Source: Acanthaster planci | Lineage: Eukaryota | Direction: 5' to 3' | NCBI RefSeq assembly: GCF_001949145.1 | Contig: NW_019091359.1 | Coordinates: 2,766,861 to 2,830,860, forward strand | Length of the DNA: 64,000 bases | Shown: positions 12,201-22,227 of the stretch, piece by piece | How positions within the stretch are numbered: position 1 is the first letter of the stretch | Layout of the letters: every line of letters begins with the position of its first letter | Made by a program: the position numbers and the translations under genes | Notes under the pieces: generated by a model | What the model was told of the DNA's origin: nothing | Seen by the model: the letters and a program-made list of their open reading frames with translations, nothing else | Database searches by the model: none

Positions 12201-15200
12201 TCATGAATACTTTTCCCTTGTCCGCTCCCGACAGGCTGAAGTTTGTAACTCCTTTAGCCACAAAAATGAAAGTCTGAGTGAACTTGAATTGTCCCTTGTC
12301 TTTACCCAATCACATTATTCTTGTTTCTACTCTTTAATGATGACAGGTGTGGATTGCCCCAATGGATGTCAGTGTCTGGGACTGTCTTTCACTTGTGTGG
12401 GTGTGGACTGGAACCAGACTAAAGCAGATAACTTGCCAGATACTTTAAGAAGACTGTGAGTAAAGTAATGTCGTAGTGACATTGGTGTATTTGTAGGCTG
12501 TGCTGAAATCTATTTATATGTGCCAGTGCCCCACCTCCACAATGATACTTGATTACTGATGACTTTATTTTCACCTGATTTCACAGGGTTCTGAGCAATA
12601 CCATCGTCATGGAATCTGGTCATAAACGACGAAGACGACAGGTGTCTAACGGCAGCACCACTGTGGAAGATGTGTTATTTATCCAACTGGAGAGGTTTCC
12701 CTTCTTGTTTGATCTGTAAGTAACTTGTTGGGGGACTATTGAAAGGAATTTCTGTAACAAGGAGTTAACTGTGAGAATGATTTGTTTGTCTTCTACCAAC
12801 TGAGCTATTAAGCCGTGTATCATATTTATCTTTTTATTCACCAGTGTAATCTTTGTTGTAACACGTCACCCACAGATTCTGTCTCTTGCTTTTCACAACC
12901 CAAAGAACTGCATTCACAGCAACCAAAGAACTATATACCTGACCATCAACATTGTACGCAAATACATACTTGCATGCGTATTGTGCGCCGCTCGCATTCC
13001 AAAGTACTAGTGTTACAGAGCTGTATCCAATTTCACAAAACATGATGTAACTTTGAACCATGGGTAAGCCTTGTGCAACAAAGTCATGCCGTAGCTGCGC
13101 AGTATACTTGCGATCGATTTCATGAAAAGTTGTGTAGATGTGCCACGTTTTAATGATATTAAATTTCTTGGACGATGACAAAAACGGCTTTTACGGCGGC
13201 TGTTCCTTTCCAATATATCAGCAGTCATCAAACAGTCATTGAATCACATCCGCCCGCCATTTTGTTTTCTTACAGCCAAACAAGTTTCTTATTACCTTCT
13301 ACAACAAAGTTGTTCGCTTCTTGTGTAAGCTTTAAGTTCAGCAATGATGAAACTCATAACCAAACACAATAAGCTAGTCAAATAGTTCATTATTGCTTCG
13401 TTTGGCACAACTTACACCACCTAAAATGACTGAAAAAAGGCTCCAATCCACAACTGAATTTTAATCATTCCACCACCAAGCCTTCCAGGATGTGTTGTTT
13501 AGTTTCAATTACCTTATAAAAGGTTACTGGAGACATTTTGATTAAATGCTGAATTAGTTAAAATGAATGCTAATTAAACTTTCTTCTCCGGCATCTGGAG
13601 AGATGTAATCGATTACTTCCACCTAAAGTTTTGATGGAGATCAAAAACTGTCCAAGGAATTTCTGTGTTTTTTTTCCCCTCAGCATTGTTTCCAGCTTTA
13701 ACCTTTTATATCGTTGAAAAATTTGGAATGTTCTCTGTGTTCCATCACTGAGAACGTGGTGAGTGCTCAAACTGTTAATGAACATTTAATTTTCAATCTT
13801 TCTGATGTAGAGATATCTCTGGAAACTACATCGAGGCTTTGGAACCAGGAATGTTCCATCAGCAACGAAATCTGTTCTCCCTGTAAGCTTACCACTTTGT
13901 TACAGTTTGTCAATCTCATACACATTGTTTCCTATGCTAACTTCTTACAGAGAAGGGAACCTATTGCTTATACTATGCTTCTATGTGTTTTTTCCAGGTC
14001 AGTTGCAAATAACAAACTGCACAATTTGGAACCGGGGACATTTGAAGGCCTACAGTGGCTACACCAACTGTAAGTCAGTAGTGTCTGAGATTTGATATGT
14101 CCTATGATAAACAGAATGGCTTAAAGCCCCTGTAGTGTGTTATTCAAAATAGAAGTGTATAGCAAAGTTAATGGATGATGTATGACATGATTGTTGTTCC
14201 ATCGTTATTTTACAGAGATTTATCGGGCAATCCTTTGGTTCAGATTCAACGTGGTGCCTTCAACTATCTCCAAACCCTTCCATTTCTGTAAGTTTGCTGT
14301 CTGATTAGTATCAGTCTTACTAAAACTTAGAAATTCCGGCCCCAAAATCCCTCAGACATGAATTCCCCAGATGTCCTTCTTAATGGAACACAATCCTACC
14401 CACTGTGCCAACTTCCCGTTACTGTAGTTGAGTCCATTCCAAGTCCATTTGAAGTCATCTAATCTTAAACCCAGTCACAAGCTATTCAAATGAACGGCTA
14501 CATAAACAATCCGTTGTCATTGTTAAGTGACCCTGTGTTGTTTTTTTACAACTGGTCTTCTGAAAGAACTTGGGGGCTCAATCACAGCACTGCAACTGGC
14601 TCTCAGGTTCTCACAATTTCTGTTCAAGCCGTGTGTCCTCCTCGACCTTTTTTGAAATGTCATTAAAGCTCAGCCAGTGTCATCCCATGTCACAAGAATA
14701 CAGGTCTGTGATAATGACCTTGTGGTTAGGATCGTACCAAGTTGCTTCTTGATGTAAGTCTCATGACAGCCTTCCCCCATCCCCACATACACTTCCAAGT
14801 GTGCATTTGCCCGCTGTTGGGGACCCCCTGTTCTTCTTTTGTTCATACTTCAACTTTTTTGGGAGACCTCCCGTATGGTTTGTTGTCAAGAACTCATCCT
14901 CCATCCTGATGGACCAGCTCTACTCTGAAGAAACCTCCGGTATAATTATCGCACATCAAGGACTTATGAATCTTATTTTATTTTATGCTCCTGTTACTAA
15001 AAGAGTTAATGATGGGTAGAGATTAGGCAATGCAATGCTACTTAATTTAGGATTGGAAATTTTCTGTCTTTTGACCAGGGATCTCCACGGATTAGAGATC
15101 AAAAACATCTATGCGGGGACGTTTGATGGACTGGATTCACTCAAGGGACTGTAAGTCAAGTTGATGCCATACAAGTTTTTTCAAATTATAACTTGTCAGA

Positions 15201-18200
15201 GATGACTGTTGTCTGCAACCTCTTACAAATTGTTGCTTTGAAGACTTCAATATGTTGTAAAAGTCTTATCTCGAAAAACACTTGTGTAACATCACTCCGT
15301 GGTTTTTAGGTCTTAGCAACTGTTTCCACATTTTGGGTGTTTACTACTAGTTATCATTTCAATTCTAAGTCGTCTTTTCTCATTTGTTCTTGTTTGTGGG
15401 AATACCGTCCTGCCAATCCACCTACTTTATTGGTCTTTTCAGCAACCTGAGCCACAACAATCTGTTGGAGCTTGAGTCAGGAACTTTTGACAACCTTGTC
15501 CAGGTTACTCTTCTGTAAGTCATCAAAAGACTGAGGTGCTTTTTTATATAAGAGCCAAGCCAACAGCGACACTCCTAATTACCTACGGAGTCTGGTTTCA
15601 TCTGCTTACTGAGGAGATCTACTATTCCATTCTTTTGTCCCCAATGTTTGGATTTGAAATTTTTTTTCTTGCACTCAAAATTTTGAAATATTTGGTTCTG
15701 AAACCTGTATGTATGTTCCAGAAGGATGAAGCAAAGAGTAACACAAGGGGGGGTGGTTACCAGAAGATAAGTTCTGGTTGAAGATGAAAGTTCTTGTGGT
15801 TTTCGCAAATAGTGAGGATTGAAATCCATATTACTGTACGTTTTAACTTTTTATTGGTTTTTATTGTTTTGAATGGATTACAAACGCATCCTGAGTTGTA
15901 GCATTTTCCTTCATGATGTGTTTGTTTTTCATCTTATGTGGAATGTTTCAGAGACATTAGCAACAATGATCTAACGGTTTTCCACAAGGATCTGTTCTCT
16001 GGTCTGACCTCGCTGAAGACGCTGTAAGTACGGCTGGAGATGTTTAACACTGTCAGGTCTGAAGTAACACTACCTCTTGTTAATGTTGTTGGCACATTAG
16101 ACAAGAAAACTTTCGTTGCTAGTAGGCCTCTGTGGTAGGTTTGGGTTGTTTGGGTGAAGGACTACCATTATTTTCTAGTGAGATTTTTTTATCGTGTTGC
16201 TGGCGTGTGTTGCTCCAACTGTGAACAGCATAATCTACTGCAGTAGTGTTGCTAAGTAATATTAGTCAAAGTTTAGTACCCCCAAAAACAGAAAAGGAAA
16301 ACTGTTGAATTTCAAACTATTGTGAAGTATCTGTCATTTATCCTTTCTATAGATAATGACCATTTTCATGCAACTTCATCAAATTTATGTTTCCTAAGCT
16401 AATGTAACGGGATCCAAGTAGTTATTAGAGTCTTATGTTTTACTTCAAGAAAACATGGAAAAAAATTCCACCTGTCCAAATATTTACTGTACAAATGTCT
16501 TTACAAATTAGTCATTTGGCACTGAATTTTGTTTTTATATGGAGACGAAATGACCTAATTGATTTTCTTGATAGACAAAATGCTTCATTTTGTACTTTTC
16601 TAGACATTCGGATAAGTACCTGTTCTGTTGCATGGTGGGTGAGATACAGGAATGTACTCCAGAGGCAGACCAGTTCTCATCATGCGAGGACCTCATGAGA
16701 AACCATGTACTCCGTGTCTTCATCTGGATCTTAGGTCTGAGTGCATTCCTGGGCAACGCGTTTGTGGTTGTCTGGCGTCTACACACCAAGCAGCGCTTTA
16801 AAGTCCAGGGTTTCCTGATACTAAACCTGGCTCTGTCTGATTGCCTTATGGGAGTGTACATGCTGATTATTGCCAGCGCTGACACCTTCTACAGGGATGT
16901 GTACATCTACTTTGCCGACGACTGGAAGAGCAGTACCCTGTGTACGATTGCCGGGTTCTTGTCGGCGTTTTCCAGCGAGGCGTCTGTCTTCACGCTGACC
17001 GTCATCACCTTGGATAGGTTCTTGTGCATCATGTTCCCTTTCGGCCGGCTGCGACTGGGACGGAAGTCTGTCCGATGGGTCATCGCGGGGAGCTGGCTGC
17101 TCGCGTTGTTACTTAGCGTCATCCCAGCACTGGGCTTGCCGTACTTTGGCGAGCGTTACTACGGGCGGTCCGGTGTCTGCCTAGCCCTTCCTCTGACCGG
17201 TGAACGTTCACCAGGCTGGGAATTCTCCATTGCCTTATTCCTTGGAGTAAACCTTTTCAGTATCATCACCATCTTGGTATGCTACACGGCCATCTATATC
17301 TACGCCAAGCGGTCGGCAAAGCAGATACGCTCTACAAAGGGTGCTACCACCGAACTGAAGCTTGCCACCAAGACCTTCTTAATCATCGCCACTGACATGT
17401 GCTGTTGGTTCCCCATCGTTATCATGGGCTACCTAGCACTCTCAGGGTCTGTCGTTATACCCCCCACCATGTACGCCTGGACTGCTGTCTTCATTCTACC
17501 CATCAACTCATCCATTAACCCTTACCTTTACACTATTTCATCCATTGGACTTCCTAAACTCCTGGAGGTGTCTAATAACTACAAGTCTCGACGTTGTCAT
17601 TGTCACGATGCGGCTCCATTCAGTGACATAGGTTTGACTGCTGTAAGAAGCAATGGACATCAGCACACAGGTAAAGTATACCTACCATATCTTGGCATGG
17701 TTCCACACAAGACTATAATCCTACCCCATCACAAAAAATGGCACTTGTGTGGCAAATGTGACCCCACTTTGCATTTCATTAAGGCATCTGTTCAGAAAAT
17801 ACGGGCATCAAATCAGTCATGTTTGATCTGATGAACATAAAACTCCAGTGACAAGTAGATTGAAGAACAAAGCTATAAGATATGCTTGAAAAATTGTCCA
17901 TCTCTTAATGTATTCTAGACTCTTGAGGTCTAAAAAGTAGCTTTCACCGTTTTAACCAACACCTAATCCAGTGTCTATAGTGAAGATTGCGGTAACACCA
18001 TGTGGCTGAAATTCCTGTTATGTTTCACCCCATGTTGCATTTACAGTTTTACACCAAACGATGTTCAGCTTTTTAGTCACATAGAAGTCCTCTGTGTCAG
18101 TGCCAGACTGAAAACTTCATGTGAAAGGGGACGTGAAATCACATCTCTTGTACCGCTTTCATATTTTGAATGTAACAACAGAAAAAATACAAGTGCAACA

Positions 18201-20685
18201 TTTGCAGCAAAGCTGCGTGCCCCCCAATTTTTTTCCTGCGTGTTTTTTCTTTTGCTTTGTTTAACACAAACTTGGATGCTTGCATTAACCTCTCTTCCAT
18301 GTCAAGAAGTATTGTTATTAGTCATTTAATATAGCTCTACACCTGTTGGTTATTGATCATGAATGTAATGCTCACCGACGATTTTACCGCTTCTCTTAAT
18401 CATGTCATATTGGCGTGAAATTGCTGGCAGACTCTTTGATGTGAATTACTGAGCACATTTAATCACAGTTGTCAAGTTTAATCGTCAAACCAATTGCTTA
18501 AACAGTTTCACCATTGGCGCTGCTGCAAGACAAAACGTGATCTTTCAAAAGGTGCCTTCTCACCCCGATGAAAAGGTTGCAAGGGCTCAATTTAGATATA
18601 TTAATATGAAGGAAAGTGACACATACGATGAATGATGGCTCCATTTCTTCCTTCAAATGTGCTGTCTGTGCACATTGTTTGAATGTGAACGGAAGAGAAG
18701 TTTAAGGTAGCTTAAAGCAGAAATTACCTCATCCTTTTGAGAAAGAAGCCCTGTCCTAAGATTCAGACAAATAAAATACAAGTCTTGCATCTTGGAAAAT
18801 TTAGCATTGGAAGCAAGATATGGGATGAAGAAAACCCCCTCCCCCGCCTTTTTGTTGGTCATTGTTTGATCGGAATTTCAGGAATTCTTTACAGACTTTT
18901 AGGGGGATGTGTTAGGTAACAATAGTCTAGAGTGTGTATAGGGATTGGACAGGTAAGGGGGGTACCCCTGCGTCCCATATCTTGCCTGGTATAAAATTTA
19001 GAGTTGACAAGACAAAGTACAGTCAATTTATTTGTGAGAGGGGAAATAAAATTGTAAAGAGCAATTCCATGCAAAATTTGAAATTGCCCAGGTTGTTTCT
19101 CATCTTATTGTGATTCATAAGCAGAAAAAAATGAAGGGTTTTTTCCCCAAGAAGTGAAGGTGTAAACAAAATCTGTTACCATTACCTTTCATTTCCACAA
19201 TCCTTGTTTTCAAACCTACTTTCTTTATTTATTATGAATAGTGATGAGGTTGGTAACAGCGACAAATTTCCACTTTTGGAATTGCCCTTCAGCTTATTTG
19301 TTTGTATGCAAAACAATTTTTTAAAAAATAGTTCAGAAAATAACTGGAGGTGCTCAACAATTTGGAAAATAGTCAAGATGGGATAATAAAATTGCTTACT
19401 TTAAACAGAACAGTCAATTAGGTATACGTTTTTGTTTTGGGGTTATGTTTGGGGAGGAATCATTTTCCCCAGGCATCGGTCATTCTCAGTCAATCATACT
19501 GACGATATTTCCTTTGACCATAGTGCCTAGTCAAGTTCTGCCCATTAAAAATACTGCCCTGTAGAACCACATGAAATGAACCCTGATATATTTTTCATTT
19601 CCTACCAACTAGTGACCACACCCATACACTCACCACCCGCCAGGAGGAAAGAGCCCTCTTGTGGACAATATCTTCTCACCCATCTCCTCTCAGGGGAGGA
19701 AAGTCCGACACTGAGGCTCTCTGATGATGACTTGAGGTCCATAGAGACGGACCTGAAGAATGCCTTTGGAGTGTTACATCAGATGGGGCTACATCTCAGC
19801 GGCAGTGCAGAGGAGGCTGTGGTGTTAGAGAAAGAGGTGGGATTTTACTGAAAAGTTCTGAGAAGCCTGTCATGTAGTTGTCTGTTTTCTTAAAACAGAG
19901 AACATTTGAAAGGATTTGCCTTTATTTCAAGTGCTAGTTTGATGGGTCAGGATTGAGTGACTACACCAACACTTTGTTGATAGGTACTATTTAGGGTCTC
20001 AAAGAATCAAATTCTGAGGCCTCGTAGTTCCTTGTGATCTGTGCCTAGCATCACAGTCTCATCATAGTCTGTTATCAGCACAGTTCGTGTTCCTGGTGGA
20101 ATACTGCCGTAGAGTTTGCCTAGGAGGAGATGTGTAAAACTAGTGGTTCACTCTTCTGAGATCTTCGTCATAGGGCTGATGTTTTATGTCAGTGGAAAGG
20201 TAGTGACATGGTGGACTGAGGGCTTAAATATTATGAAGACTGGGAGGTCCTTGATTGACTTAATGTCCATGATTTATGATCATTAAGCATGTAGTAGATT
20301 TTGTAAAAAAAAAATTAATATGTATGAACAAAGAGGACCAAAAGGAGGTTAAAAGTCACAGGTTTTATTAACCAACGGTTTAAAATCACAGTTTTTATTT
20401 ACAACCGTGGACAGGTTTTCATATTTTAGGTTTAAGGTTTTTATCCATGTGAAGGTCTGAATTGTGACTATATCTGAACTTTTTTTTGTGACAGGTCATA
20501 ACCCAGCAATTTTTGTCCTGTCCACTTCTTTACAGTCGACAGAATCAGAATGGCATGCCAATCTTCTGCTGCCTCGATCTTCACGAGGCCAGGCCTCAGA
20601 GTCAACAGTTGATGATGTCACAGCAGAAGATGAGCAGAGATTGGTGAAGGTCCTGCAGTGCATTAAGAGCAACTTCAAAAACTAA
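1..20685 (+). CDS. GRL101: GRL101-like LRR-containing GPCR (CUB-CTLD-LDLa-LRR-7TM), 5'-partial, 26 exons: join(<1..202,907..1305,1897..2319,2963..3172,3866..3947,4440..4591,5128..5178,5867..6226,6855..6980,9237..9374,9738..9854,10439..10552,10985..11137,11454..11570,11983..12102,12347..12455,12587..12715,13811..13882,13998..14069,14216..14287,15079..15150,15443..15514,15952..16023,16604..17670,19613..19836,20536..20685)
   Basis: All introns are GT-AG with matching phases. Total 4875 nt, divisible by 3, with no internal stop. An LDLa array followed by LRRs and a 7TM is the GRL101/RXFP-type architecture. The symbol denotes the family, not proven orthology. Confidence 0.9.
907..1305 (+). CDS. 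Exon: CUB domain
   Basis: tttcag acceptor. [21 protein letters not shown]...CAWRI...IRLHFQDF...CVDWV...LCG...GFRATY. Donor gtgaat, phase 1-1. Confidence 0.92.
1897..2319 (+). CDS. Exon: CUB domain
   Basis: ttgcag acceptor. [11 protein letters not shown]...WHI...[10 protein letters not shown]...[10 protein letters not shown]...LGDYCN...GFDATY. Donor gtgagt, phase 1-1. Confidence 0.92.
2677..2799. repeat. Short imperfect tandem repeat (TTGTTCAAAGGTTTGTAAAA..TCAGAAC x3 with TCTGGTAAAAAGT x2)
   Basis: Units visible directly in the intron. Confidence 0.85.
2963..4591 (+). CDS. C-type lectin domain over three exons (2963-3172, 3866-3947, 4440-4591)
   Basis: [15 protein letters not shown]...WKDAERQC...LTSI...YIGLTD...FRWLDG...YSDW...QPDGG..EDC...WNDIPC...FICKK. 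The donor at 3948 (AAG|gtggga) was chosen because it keeps the conserved Trp; an alternative donor lies at 3936. Confidence 0.88.
5128..5178 (+). CDS. Short linker exon ([17 protein letters not shown])
   Basis: atcag acceptor and AAG|gtagga donor. 51 nt, symmetric phase 1-1, open frame. Confidence 0.7.
5320..5639. mobile_element. Degenerate MITE
   Basis: Imperfect terminal inverted repeats CAGCGGCATATCTAG ... CTGGATATGCTACAG. G-run next to the left end. Confidence 0.45.
5867..6226 (+). CDS. Exon: degenerate C-type lectin-like domain
   Basis: [15 protein letters not shown] matches the CTLD start C-x-x-G-W-x6-C. Later EDC...W...C...VVC. Phase 1-1. Confidence 0.8.
6855..6980 (+). CDS. Exon: LDLa repeat 1
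   Basis: [35 protein letters not shown]. Confidence 0.95.
8560..8793. mobile_element. MITE, PIF/Harbinger-like termini
   Basis: Left end GGCTGCGTTTGCATGTGTTACTTG versus reverse complement of right end GGCTGCATTTGAGTGTGTTACTCG. Confidence 0.75.
9237..9374 (+). CDS. Exon: LDLa repeat 2
   Basis: [35 protein letters not shown]. tttcag / gtcagt. Confidence 0.93.
9527..9617 (-). mobile_element. 5'-truncated 3' tip of an RTE-like LINE
   Basis: Minus strand reads [22 protein letters not shown] followed by a (TGA)n tail, resembling RTE ORF C-termini and their short-repeat tails. Confidence 0.65.
9738..9854 (+). CDS. Exon: LDLa repeat 3
   Basis: [35 protein letters not shown]. cacag / gtaaga. Confidence 0.93.
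10439..10552 (+). CDS. Exon: LDLa repeat 4
   Basis: [36 protein letters not shown]. Confidence 0.9.
10985..11137 (+). CDS. Exon: variant LDLa repeat 5
   Basis: [42 protein letters not shown]. Six Cys, no SDE motif, weak donor gtacac. Confidence 0.85.
11454..11570 (+). CDS. Exon: LDLa repeat 6
   Basis: [35 protein letters not shown]. Confidence 0.95.
11983..12102 (+). CDS. Exon: LDLa repeat 7
   Basis: [36 protein letters not shown]. Confidence 0.93.
12347..12455 (+). CDS. Exon: LRR N-terminal cap
   Basis: [14 protein letters not shown]...LPDTLRRL. Phase 1 in, phase 2 out. Confidence 0.92.
12587..12715 (+). CDS. Exon: expanded first LRR with polybasic insertion
   Basis: [44 protein letters not shown]. 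tcacag acceptor, CT|gtaagt donor, 129 nt, phase 2-2. Confidence 0.85.
13811..16023 (+). CDS. Six 72-nt LRR exons (13811-13882, 13998-14069, 14216-14287, 15079-15150, 15443-15514, 15952-16023)
   Basis: Each is exactly 72 nt, phase 2, ending CT|gtaag. Examples: [96 protein letters not shown]. Confidence 0.95.
16604..17670 (+). CDS. Exon: hinge plus complete class A 7TM domain
   Basis: FCC...FSSCEDLM hinge, GN in TM1, LALSD in TM2, DRF in TM3, GRSGVCLAL in ECL2, CWFP in TM6, NPYLY in TM7. Donor CAG|gtaaag. Confidence 0.96.
19613..19836 (+). CDS. Exon: cytoplasmic tail, part 1
   Basis: Pyrimidine tract plus ctag acceptor in phase 1, matching the 7TM exon. Open frame VTTPIHSPP...VVLEKE. Donor GAG|gtggga, phase 0. 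Confidence 0.75.
20536..20685 (+). CDS. Terminal coding exon
   Basis: cttctttacag acceptor in phase 0. [13 protein letters not shown]...CIKSNFKN then TAA. AATAAA follows at 20883. Confidence 0.72.
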   Translation, partial: STESEWHANLLLPRSSRGQASESTVDDVTAEDEQRLVKVLQCIKSNFKN

Positions 20686-20882
20686 AACCAATCTTGCATT
20701 CCACACAAAACGATTAAACGAGAGAAGCCATAACCAAAGAATGCAATTAAAAAGCACTCATAAATGATTATTTTAGGAATCGTATATGTGGTCTTTTTAT
20801 ATTGCGACAGTTGCTTACACAAGAGCTAACATTAGGGATTTCCAGCAGAAAAGGCTTAAGGTCATCAGCTTGTTGGGTTGGG

Positions 20883-20888
20883 AATAAA
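20883..20888 (+). promoter_or_regulatory. Candidate polyadenylation signal of the GPCR gene
   Basis: AATAAA about 200 nt after the stop codon. Confidence 0.4.
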
Positions 20889-21078
20889 CTCCATGGAATT
20901 AAAATGAAAACAGGAAAATTAAGCACAGTCATGTATGATGATAATCTTGATCGTAATTATCAGGAAAACTGAACTATTGCAGACTCTTTGTCACATTTGC
21001 TCTCTCCGTCATAGTCAGTCGGTACTTATCTTTACCGTGATTTTTGTCGAACTCTGTCAGTTTTTGCAGGGTTAGCTA

Positions 21079-21393
21079 GGGCGTCAATGTGTTTTGAAAA
21101 GTTGAGGAGGCATGTAGCCCTGATCAGAAGAAATGCGAATGCAAAGCTCTGAGCGGCGTGGGGTCCGGGGCCCACTCAAGGGCCCCGGAAAATTTTGGAG
21201 TATAGATGCTCTGCGGGGTGATCTGAGACAAGTTTTGGCTACTTTAGCCAGTTTTTAACTACTGCTTTTGCAAGCTGTACATTTTCATTTAGGTTTTGGA
21301 AAAAAGTGTGGGGGGGGGACAATTGATACAGTATCCCCCCGGGAAAGCGGGGGGGGGGCTGTGGCATGTCCCGTCCCCCACCGATTGACGCTC
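21079..21393. mobile_element. MITE with G/C-run interior
   Basis: Inverted ends GGGCGTCAAT ... ATTGACGCTC. Internal poly-G/poly-C tracts. Confidence 0.65.
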
Positions 21394-21577
21394 ATGATGT
21401 TTAGCATCTTTCCTGTCATTTCTGCTATATCTGTTCTAAATAGTATGTAAATATTTCAACCGGTTCCACTTGAACGAATTTTTAAGTGTTTTTCATATGT
21501 GCCACCCTAGTTTTTGTTTGTCGTTTCTAAAAGATTTTTAAAGTTTGAAGCTATTTTAATTTACTCCAGTTGCCAAC

Positions 21578-21752
21578 TAGTGGCTAAATGTCCGGGGGGC
21601 ACCCAGGGCAAACACATTGTTTTAAAGGGGCATTACAAGAAATATAATCTGCTGGAGATTATTCATAGACTTCAAATGGGGGGGGGGGGACCGGGGACAC
21701 CGGTATCCGCAGAGGGGGCGGTCACATCCCCAAACCCATAGTTGCGCCACCG
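21578..21752. mobile_element. Degenerate MITE remnant
   Basis: TAGTGGCTAAAT ... AGTTGCGCCACCG form weak inverted ends around G-runs. Confidence 0.4.
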
Positions 21753-21817
21753 ATTAGCCTGTTCCTTGAAGTTTATGCAAATTAGGTGATACTGAGCTCA
21801 ATCAAAATGAGCTGTGA

Positions 21818-22227
21818 ATAGAGGGATTTCACATTAGCGCCGAGGCTCTCTGTGTTGAACTTCGTCGCGCTTCCCGCGCAATCAACACGGTACATGCAGT
21901 ATTCGGTTCGTAAGTGTGACGCCACTTCAATTTAAACCACGCCCACTGCACATGCAGATACACGATCGCAAGTACGTTAATTCGCGGTCAATTGCCGTGT
22001 TTTGGTTTCTTTTGATTTTACGTGTCGAGTCATCCTGAAAGACGCTTCCACAAAAATGTACAGCGTGAAAAGTCTGAATTTAACATACCTTTATGTATTT
22101 TGTGTCTTGACTCCTTACTTTCAATCGTCTGGTCGTATTAAGAATTGAAGCTGACGCATACGGCCTCGTTTTCAAACAAGGAAGTGCGCAAATCGACGCT
22201 GAAAGCGTAGTATTGGGATCCCTCTAT
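21818..22227. mobile_element. MITE / non-autonomous DNA transposon
   Basis: Inverted ends ATAGAGGGAT ... ATCCCTCTAT with a CpG-rich interior. Confidence 0.6.

Noticed and set aside
17671..17831. 3' part of the 413-aa ORF as the main C-terminus
   Set aside because: A good donor at 17671 and in-phase downstream exons suggest it is intronic. Kept only as a possible read-through isoform.
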